DNA from: Pocillopora damicornis
Lineage: Eukaryota
Direction: 5' to 3'
NCBI RefSeq assembly: GCF_003704095.1
Contig: NW_020847369.1
Span: 496,001 to 560,000 of the forward strand
Length of the DNA: 64,000 bases
Positions 54,151 through 64,000 of the stretch are shown here, piece after piece. The notes under the pieces are model-generated. The model was not told the origin of the DNA, did no database searches, and was given only the letters and a program-made list of their open reading frames with translations. Position 1 is the stretch's first letter, and each line of letters opens with the position of its first letter. Position numbers and translations under genes: made by a program.

Positions 54151-57100
54151 GAACACTCAAGCTCGCACATACGTGAGCTTTTGTGAATATGCAAATATGT
54201 TCAGCTGCACAGTAGGTGAAATTAAGGATTTGAATGGAAATGAAAATTCTCAACCTGCAAAAGATCTGGACTAGTTTTGAATAAGGATAAATTTACCCCA
54301 CTCAAGTGCTTGTTATTTTGCATCGTGTGGATTTCTTGAGCTGATTTAGGGAAATTTAACTCGCTTTTAGTTCATCTGCTAAGCCCTCTACATATCCTTT
54401 CCTAGATGTTTGTAAGTAAGGCAAAACAAACGAATCCACTGGAAGAAAAACACTGTGAACGCCCCGATCAACTCTAGATTCTACAAGCATGTAACCGAAG
54501 TCACGCGTAATTGTGATCATTATGTATTCAAAAAGATCCAAACGCCTACTGTACTAAACATGAGAGGAAAAATACATATTGGAGAGCGAAAACTTGCAAA
54601 TAAACTCACAACAAATGAAAAATGTTTACCTTGACGGTTAACAGCTTTACAGGGAAAAAAATACGCTGTTTTTTAAAAAGTGTACAGGAAAATTGACCCA
54701 CAGGACTAAATTTATACACAAAAAGTGTCAAATATCCAATGTCATAGTACCCAAACCATTAGAGCTCTTATTTCACTTTGCCTAACAATTTCTTTGTCAC
54801 GGATAGATCCTGTCCATAATGGTGGAATGAAGGGTACAACACCAGTTGGTAATATTCCTACCAATAATTTGACAGTGTTTCAGTGTTTGTAATTACTTCA
54901 TGTGATCTTTTGGCTCAGAGAATCTTTTGGTTTTTGTATGAAAAGTTCAAGTAATAATTCTTACATTCTTAAATTTTTTAACCTTTCTGGAAGATATTTT
55001 TGTAATTCTGATCATGAGAAAGAAGTGTTATCCACATAATGCAAATTATGCATGCTTGAGAAGAATCAAAGCCAAAAAAAGCTAAAAATTTACATCGACA
55101 CCTTCTCTTGTTCTCACTAAGGTGAGATTTTTTGATGACTTTTTGGTATTCTTACTACCCCTTCCGAGACGTATTTCAGTGAGCTTTGATTCTAAAAATT
55201 CAAAAACCAGGTCAAGCTTAGACATAATTACACCTGTGTAACGATAACAGTTTTTAGGACAAGTTGCCTGGTCAATGAAATATTTTCTCTTCTCTTTCAC
55301 ATGACTTGGACACCGTCTGTCTAACTGCTTCAGCAAGAAACCTAGCTTCAGCATCTGCAGGCAAGCTGAGGCTACATAATCTAATTCAATGTTTTCTTTT
55401 AATAAATTCTCGTCCTCCAAAAGGGGCTCATTCTCAACTGGAACTTCATTTTCGTTACTAGTTCGCTTTCTCTTCCTTGACCGCCTTAGTTTGATCTGTG
55501 TAGATCGGATTTTTGGGGAGGTCTTTTAGCTTTACTCTCACAATTCGACTCAATCGTAACCTTGCATGTACAACGTTGATGCAGGACGTCCATAAGTTCT
55601 ATAACCTTGTGTAAAATGATTTTAACAGACCTTCGTACTCATTGTTACCCTGACGTAGTCACAATTAATAGATCTAGCCCACGACAAGACATCTTTCNNN
55701 NNNNNNNNNNNNNNNNNNNNNNNNNNNNNNNNNNNNNNNNNNNNNNNNNNNNNNNNNNNNNNNNNNNNNNNNNNNNNNNNNNNNNNNNNNNNNNNNNTGC
55801 GCAGTCTTTCGCTTAACGAATTTAGCGCATAAGTATTCAAGAAGGGGACAAAGTTTCAAAATCCACCCTGTTTGTATCATGAATTTCACAATACAGTTCA
55901 ACCTCAAGCGTCTGTGGCAGAGATATCTCAGAAAGACAACGCGTGCGTAGTTGTGTGAATAATTTCCGTGTTTTAAGATAAGAAGTGTTTTCTTGTCTGC
56001 CTAAGGAAACTAGAACTGTCATTACTGGTTTTAGTTGTCTTGCGCGTTAGTGCGGAACTGTGCTTGTCCCACTGAAAAGTGTCCGAAAATTTGAAACTCA
56101 GGAATTTGTGTTATTTTGCACTCGCTGTGTGGTACCCTTAAATTTCTCCAACAGAATTTTTGAAAAAACTAAATAACAAAAGTTGTTTAACTATATCCTA
56201 ACAATATAATTCTTTTTATCGTGCCACTTTTGGTGTCAATTATACCAAAATATGAGCGTAGTTAGAGGGAAAAGTGCTGTGTTTTTTAATTCATCCCGGA
56301 CATACTGGTTAATTCCAGTACGATGACGATTAATTATCGTCATTGATAAAGACTGTGATAATGTCAATAGGAAGTAGGACTGTCAATATGAATGCCAATA
56401 GAAACCTTTTAGAGCCCATATGAATTCAATTTGTCTTTAACAACAGACTGAGATAAAAGCTTAATTTCTCGGTAGTTCAGTAGGCAGAGTCCATTCTTGA
56501 ATACTTGAGAATGCACTCGAGCGTTATTTCTCATTACCTTAGGTGCGATTGTTTTCAATATACAATTTTAGGAAATGCTTTTCTCCGCAGGGAACTTTAG
56601 ATGACTCTTAAGGTAAAACTGAACCGATCATTGAAATCTTTAAACCTACTCTTTCCTAATATGTATTACTTTTTTGCTGTTCTTTGTCATTTAATATCAC
56701 CACTGAGAGAAACCTAAGCCCCCGGCTGTCTTGCATTGCAATTGATACGAAGGAATAAACATGAAAACACCTACAAAAAACCTAATTTCAGCTCTCGTTT
56801 TGCACCGAATCAGAAAGGGGTTGTTTGGTTAGGAGAATTTGATATTTAACCTCTATTAATACGGCAACTTCAATAGTATGCGTGTAAATAGAGTCAAAGG
56901 AAAATTTGAGGGGACTGGAACTGTTTTAGGGTCAACCATCTCGTAAATCTTGAAAACTTCTCTAAAGGTGTCCACATTATAGAGCCCAATCAAAGAGAAA
57001 AGTTCTTTCAGAGCTCCTACGAAAGAGACAGAATCGTTAAAGTGGTTTGTTATGTTCTAAAAACACTTGTAGTAGTTGTGAATGGTAGCAAAATGGTGCG

Positions 57101-58261
57101 CATGTTCACCAACCTATAGACGATATAACTGTTTCTATTACCATTTCAGTGGGTGAAATTGGATTCGTGTTCATAAAATTCCAGTATTTTTTTCTGGATA
57201 AACATTGTGGATTGTACCTCTCTCTCTCATTGAAGAAGCATATCTTTGCGTTAATCATATCAATCAAAGTTTTTAAGCAATACAATCGGAAAATAGCATT
57301 CCAAATTTCGCCTGTTTTGATTTTTCCGGTTTTAGTAAAGCGAATTAAAAGGAAAACCTCTTGTCTAGTTGTGAACATTTTGAACGGCCCAGAGATGTGG
57401 CTGGGCATTAAGCTTTTAGATGGATTGCTTCTACAAGAACCCCAGGGTTAAATCAATTCACTTTTGTTGACTTTGTTTATTGTGCCGAGATACTCCAACT
57501 GTTTACACAAATAACACTGTTATATTAAAAAGAAGGACTGAAAAGAACGCACCCTGCTGAGAATTTCTGCGAAAACACAAAGCGTGGAAAAAAGTGTTCT
57601 TCTCAGAACTCAGGAGTCTGATCATTAAACGGCAGGGTCTCTTTCCTTTTGTTTTCGAACAGATAGCAAGTCCAATAAAGCTGTCTTGCGCCGCTCACAG
57701 CTGGGCTCGGAGACAAGTAACTATAGCCGATCGATATAAGGCCTTGCAAGGTGGTTACTATTCAGTTTTTCAACCGAAAGAGAACTAGATCCAAGCCAGG
57801 TATCTTTGACAATGGATTAAAGAGAGTACATTTCCAATTATCCGCAAACATGCCTGACTCAAAGGAAAAGTTTATAATTTTCGTGAGAACAGGAGGAAGA
57901 ACTTCAATTCATGCAATCACTGAGGAAGTTGGCATCGGCTCAAGTATACAAGTCTTTTTAGGTGGGCTTTTCATGAGTCTACGTAATATTCACGAATTTG
58001 TGTGTTTGCTCGTTTAAAGCGTGAAGTTAGAGCCCTTAATAAAACATACTTTCCTCTTCTTTTTTCATAGAATCATCTGCGGGTTGATATCTGCATTAAA
58101 TAATTATATCTTCCCATTTCTTTCCCAATTTTTCAAAGAGGAAAGAGACATGAAGATAAATGAGAAACAAAGACCACCGGCTTTGAAATGGTTTCATCTT
58201 TTTCAGGAAATCAATTCCACAAGAGTTCTAGGGAAAAATCCATTGAGAAGTAAGAAAAAGA

Positions 58262-60430
58262 ATGAAGGAACCATCTTGTTTGCCGATTATTCCCGTCTTT
58301 CTTGCGTTTTATCTTGCGCCTTGTAAATTCACCTTCGTATGTCACCCTCATTACATCTAGTGTTTATGATCATTTTTTAGCTAAAGGAAGTCCAGTAACT
58401 CTCCGTGCTCGTCGAAACATATTGAAGACGCCTTGATGGTTTAAGTTATTTATATATGAGCTAACATCATTTTCTTCTTAAAAAATAAGTTTAAGAGTAT
58501 ATATAAAGTTTTTCGAGTAAAGCACGAGTATAGACATGAGTAGCCTACAAGTCAGCCATATCAGTTTTGTTTCAGTATTTTTTTTTAGACCACAGAAACT
58601 GAACGATCTCATCCTTCTCGTCTCCATCGCCCCGACGATACAATCGAAGTATATTGAATTGTATTCATTTTGGTGGTTAACTGGCTGACTGACTCAGGAC
58701 TAACTGACTCACTTCAATTCTATTATGTAAAGGTCCGAAATTGTTGCATTTTTGTAATAGCTCACGAAGAAGCGGCAAGTACCATTTGGAGAGTAGCCTA
58801 TAAGTCAGCCATATCGGTTTTGTTTCAGTATTTTTTTTAGACCACAGAAATTGAACGATCTCATCCTTCTCGTCTCCATCACCCCAACGATACAATCGAA
58901 GTATATTGAATTGTGTACATTTTGGTGGTTAAATGGCTGACTGACTCAGGACTAACTGATTCACTTCAATTCTATTATGTAAAAGGTCCGAAATTGTTGT
59001 ATTTTTTTAATAGCTCACGAAGAAGCGGCAAGTACCAATGGAGAAATTAAGTGCGGAAACGGCACAGATATCGAGTTACACTCGTTATCCCTGATTTCGA
59101 TATGTGGAGTGACGTCGATGCAGCCACATGGGAGTTGAAACATAGCGGAACTCCGAACACGGACTGTCAGCCATCATTTACATCTGTGGCAGGTAAAGTG
59201 AAACATGGTATGTTCAGTGCAGATGAATGCAAGACCTCATTGACAGAGAACGCCGACGGAATTACTTTGGACTACGAGTTTAAGATCCAAGTTAGTGCTT
59301 CTGGTAGTCCGACTTTTCCATATGACCACGAGTACACAATAACATGTACGTATATCAGGGAAAAACAGGGTCTTCAGGCCAGCTTCCTAACTCAACATTC
59401 AGTCACTGAAACTGGTACTGGTGAGTAGGGATGATTAACAGCTTACGCTAAAGTTAATTCCCCTTGGGCAAAGTACTGCGTTTCCTGCTGATAGCTCAGT
59501 GATCTGTGATGTCACTTGGAATGGTAATTTCACAAAACTCCATTGCATTAATCTTATTTCGCAATTGCATGTCGCAGTTTATTTTTCTTGGGTATATCTT
59601 TGGTCTCATTTATCCATATTTACTGATGTATGTTTTAGCTCATCTTTATCGATAATTTGAGTAGCTTTGCTTTATTTTCTCGGTTATCCTACTAGGATTA
59701 ATCTCCCTTTGTTCATGAGTATTCATATTTTTATATCTACTAGATATTATAATTCACTCTCATGACGTTTTTACTCTTTTAAATCATTATTGATAAGTGT
59801 GTAAAGTGGTCCGCTTCTTTGCCCAAGCATGCAAAGCTCTTTATCAGAATATATATGTACGTGACGTGTAGATGACTCAAAATGAGAACAGGATAACCAT
59901 ATAAGAAGGGTGTCAGAACGTGTTCACTGTGAATAGAAGTTAAAAGTAAGAAACTTACCACAGATTCAATGCACAGTGTCTATAATAATGATTTCGGTAA
60001 GCAGGGAAGTTGAGTCGCAAATAATTCCCTATTCACACCAAAGCGCTTCAGGAAGGGAAAGATATTTTGACATGATACTGATAAGTTGGTTACAAATTGA
60101 TTTATAGATGATTCACTAAAGAGAGGTTTCTATTTACATTCAGCTGTAGAGAAAACGACCAAAAATCCTTGGTGGATGACCCTTCTTTCTGTGATGGTAA
60201 TAATGAAGACGAATTTTCATTTCGAGCTTTTTGTTTCTCTGGTCAAACGGAAAGTCAAAAAGTTGTATTTACCGTCACAACCAAGGTTTGTTATAACGGT
60301 TCTGCTGGGTGCAAGTGCACTTTCGGTGCTCGAAAAAGACGCAGTACTTTGAACGAGACCTCGAAAACCTTGTATTACATTAGACCTGGTCCTATGGCAT
60401 TTTTAGAGGCTGGCGAAGCGGAAGAGCAAG
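58262..60430 (+). pseudogene. Disrupted inverted paralog of the ZP-domain gene: exon 1 58262-58322, ZP-N exon 59014-59420 (frameshift ~59075), exon 3 absent, exon 4 60144-~60430, TM exon absent
   Basis: Signal exon MKEPSCLPIIPVFLAFYLAP. GAGTTACACTC vs GAGTTTGCACTC shows a 1-nt deletion. Only ~200 bp separate exon 2 from the intron-3 homolog. The exon-4 donor is degraded and homology then jumps ~5 kb downstream of copy A. Confidence 0.85.
58538..59040. repeat. ~253 bp tandem duplication spanning the intron 1 / exon 2 acceptor of the ZP pseudogene
   Basis: GAGTAGCCTA.AAGTCAGCCATATC...AATAGCTCACGAAGAAGCGGCAAGTACCA occurs twice. Confidence 0.9.
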
Positions 60431-61489
60431 TTTTTATCTGCTTCTCTGTTCAGTGGATTCGTTATCATGATTTGGGCTATAATGGCAAACAAAACATCGG
60501 TCTTTCATTTAATTACCTACTTGATTTGGTTTCAATATTTAAAGAGAATGCAAAATAAACCTCCTTTTTTGAACAAAGAAGACTCTCGGCAAAAAACTAC
60601 GGTTTTACACAAAGTCAAATAGAGACGAAACTGACGTACTAATCAAAATCTTAAAAGCCGTTGCACGTTGGGTTTAATTCTTTTAGTGCCTTTTATAAAA
60701 TCTAACCTTGGCCGTGGTGGGCGTGCGTTCGAAAAGTTACAGAGAAAGGCTGCCATCATCATAAAATCATGCCTTCAGGCAATTTTAAATTGATCCTTCT
60801 GAACACGAAAATCGAGCATTTTTGGAACCACACTAAGCCATTTAAAAATTCTCAAAAATCCACTTTTTCACTTCTTTGATATGAAAACTCATTACAACCA
60901 AACGGTCTCGGTTGCAACGGATCTCTTTGCGGCACCTTTAATGAATGACCTCTTCGTCTCTCAATAAGTCATCTCAATCTCCAGAAATGCAACGTTGCCC
61001 GCATAAGAGGCTAAAAAATTTCAGGTGAAAATAGAGTCTCTTTGCTTGACAATTAACTGGAAACAACTCATTTTCATATCAAAAGGCACCTTGCTCGAGG
61101 CATCTTGGAAATGGTTTAATCTGTTTATTACGACAACGTTAGATGGACATGTTTGCGTGGCGTGAGTTGTGGGGCCATACTTCATATTAAGCTTAAATCA
61201 TGGGATGACAATATAGTAACGACGATAAATATGAATTCAAAGTTAGGAAGGCCTTTAGTTTGAGAAAGAGGGAGATAACAAAGTTTTAAATGGTATTCTT
61301 TGTTAAATTCATGCCTCTACCCTCTTTATGAGCTAGAAGCAATTCTTTCACAATAAAACCTTGACTTTGTAATATCTAAGTTTCTCTTCTGAGATGGCGT
61401 TTCCTTTGCTCAGTGACCCCTTTCTCCATTAATTTTCTTCCTTGGAGTGTTCCAGACAATTGCGAAACCTTCTAGAGTAAAGTTTAATT

Positions 61490-61705
61490 TACAAACATGA
61501 CGCTATCGACAATACTGATCCTAGCAGTAAGCAGGACGCGTATCATATGAACTTCGTAATCGACGTCGCACACCGTAGAGTCTCTGTGGCTCCGTGGTAG
61601 AACATCGGAGCGCGGAATCCGAAAGTTTTAGGTTCGATTCCTCATGGGGGCTCGGAATTTTTTTCTTTGTCCCACCCTCGTGACAAAACGAAAAGCATCT
61701 TTCAT
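61490..61705 (+). mobile_element. tRNA-derived SINE-like element
   Basis: A-box-like TGGCTCCGTGG (~61587) and B-box GGTTCGATTCC (~61631). Multiple copies in the window; no clean cloverleaf. Confidence 0.6.
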
Positions 61706-62827
61706 TAAGTGTAATTTATTCGTAATCTAATTGCGACAAGCAAAAGATTCTACAGGAGCAAGGTGAAAGTAATTAAAGTGAATAATTACTGTGGGAAAAT
61801 TTTAACCATAGAGCACCTGTGAGCTAGTTAGGAGGTAACATAACTCAGCCTCTGGTTCTTCTAGTCTCTTCTCTTGATATCAGCGAACACATCTAATTTC
61901 CTCCATAGCGGTTGTCCCCTTTTTCTAAGCTATTATGAAGGTTTGAATATTTCAAATGAAGGGTGCCTTTATTACTTTATTTTGCTTTGACATAATTTGA
62001 AAATGAGTCTGTGTTGCAACAAGACTTTCAAAGCACCACACGGAGTCATTCAAAAAGCATTCAGCAGCCCGGCTCTAAGTTAATTTAGTCTGTATATTCG
62101 CGAATACATATTTCGCATTACTTGACAAGCTTGGATGTTCAGTGGACCGCGGAACCTGCGGAACCCAATATTCTTTTGTAAAATGATAGTAATGAAATAA
62201 AACATAAAACTAAAAAGATCTTAAAACTGTTCGAAAGTTCGTCTTCGGGTATAAAGAAGATCACTTTAAATGAAAAATATGTTTTAGTTGTCCTTGACGT
62301 CCAACTTTAACTTTGGCGACATTCACCGTACAAGGGCCCGGTGTGTAATGTCATAGGGAGCAAATAGCAGTCACCTAACTGAACCATAACGAATTAGTTG
62401 CCAATAATCAGAGCCCTTTACTAAACGCAATGGGTTCTGAGATTGCCACGGGGCAAACATTGCAAGTTGTTAAAAAGAAATCTATGGCGGAAAGTAATTT
62501 CAGAGTCCAAAAAAAAGATCTTTGAGAGAATTCAGTGCTTTTTTGCAGCCGTTTTATCAGAAAAGGATTAAAGCAATGTTTATACGTGGGAAGTGTAAGT
62601 TTTTGTTTAAATAACCATGAAATATGCGTTAAAATCTACCGGTAAAGTTCTCTCCTTGCGTAAGGTTTATTGTGAAATCGACATCTCGTAATGGTCTTGA
62701 AATATATCGAAATTAAGTAATACTCGCGAGTATGTAACCAATTCAAGCTTTTTCAGTTGTAAATAAGTGTGTGCAGTCTACTTCTGGCTTATTTCTGAGC
62801 TCGTAAACACAAATATTATTGGAAATA

Positions 62828-62936
62828 TGCCTCGTGGCGATCATTGTGCTGTGTGGGGTTGTAACAGCGATCGAAGGTACCCAGAAAAGCAAAGTATTCT
62901 TTATCACGTTGGAATATTAAGATTCTATTACCCCCA
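62828..62936 (+). mobile_element. Truncated THAP-like zinc-finger N-terminus, probably a DNA-transposon relic
   Basis: MPRGDHCAVWGCNSDRRY...LRFYYP matches the start of the THAP pattern (M-x-C-x4-C...F..P). The downstream W and CxxH are absent. Confidence 0.5.
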
Positions 62937-64000
62937 GAGTATCTCGCATTTTAGCGAGTTGTCCATTTCGACGTTTTCAACTTTCATAAGACAACTCGCT
63001 AAAATGCGTCCTTTTCATCAAAGTAAGCGGTCAGATAACAAGCGTTACGCTGTAGAAGTAAGGTGAGGTATTTTTTTTGAGAATTTGACGTATTATTTTA
63101 TTCCTGAGGGCGGTCGTAAATATGCCCATACAAACTCTTATAATTCCGCCATGACTGTTATTGCGCAAGATGACATGTCACAGCTGGAGCTTGGGCCGCC
63201 TATGATAAAACAAACTATCTGCAGAATCTCTGTTAACGACTTGTTTATTTAATAATTGGCCATTTTAAAATTCCAGTGAAACATCTTCCTTTCAAAGGAA
63301 GGCTAAGTTCAGGGACCTGTCTCCGGAAAGTCTATCTAATATGCATGAAAATAAACAAATTGTTATTTAAACAAAGGCATGGCACTTTACCTGACAGCCA
63401 CGCTTCACATTGGGCCGCGATCACGGAATGGTTATTTAGTAAACTTATGGAAAAACTTTTTAGGGAATCGTTTATTCCAGAAAGGAGAAAATTTCAGGTA
63501 GTAATATGGTTCTTGGTATGTTCAATTGGTATGTTCCTCGTCCGGTCTTCTGCTATTTCCTCTTATGTAACCGACTCAAACTGGTGCCACATGTAAGCTA
63601 CGAAATTTAAAACATGGAATCGCATCTATTTTTTATTTTTAATTGGAAGTATGTTCCAAAATCCAGTGTATTATTTTCATTTTTTTTTTCATCAATGAGA
63701 CACTGCAATTAATTTGGTCCACTAATTAAATGATACATGATGCTTCGTCCCTCTTCTACTCTAACAAATGGTTTTCAACTACGACTTCTACCAGGTTTCG
63801 TTTCGATGTAGTACCAAAATAAAAGAGGTATTGTGATTTTTTCAGCTGTCTGTCTATTTGTGGCATTAAGAAGGACTGTTCTTACATAAGTTTGCTCTAG
63901 CTATCTATTTTTAGCAACTGCTCCAGGCCCGAAAAGCACGCTTTCTTGTTAAGCCTGTATAATGAATTGGCCGATTACTCGAGAGAAAATTTTCAGGAGT

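Noticed and set aside
58538-59040. Repeat-spacer or CRISPR-like array
   Set aside because: It is a simple two-unit tandem duplication in eukaryotic DNA, with no spacers or cas genes.
61580-61652. Possible tRNA gene
   Set aside because: It has A/B boxes, but the acceptor and anticodon stems do not form cleanly. It is embedded in a multi-copy flanked repeat, so it is called SINE-like.

Overview
Intron-rich animal genomic DNA, not prokaryotic. It is AT-rich with GT-AG introns, and the repeat landscape suggests a cnidarian, probably a scleractinian coral (inference). The left 42 kb is gene-dense: the 5' part of SELENOO (-), a CDS-intronless MRPL2 (-), NDUFS1 (+, head-to-head with MRPL2, one exon lost in an assembly gap), an HCN channel (+), and a 21-exon MMUT (-). 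Four of these five genes encode mitochondrial proteins. The right 22 kb is a rearranged accessory region. It holds an intact 5-exon ZP-domain type I membrane protein gene (-), an inverted, disrupted paralog (+), and a second near-identical inverted repeat running off the window end. It also contains SINE, MITE and THAP relics. Most interesting: (1) a UGA-terminated uORF overlapping the first of two in-frame SELENOO starts; (2) mosaic divergence between the ZP paralogs, with the ZP-N exon far more diverged than the adjacent intron. Exon boundaries and identities were read by eye and are approximate.
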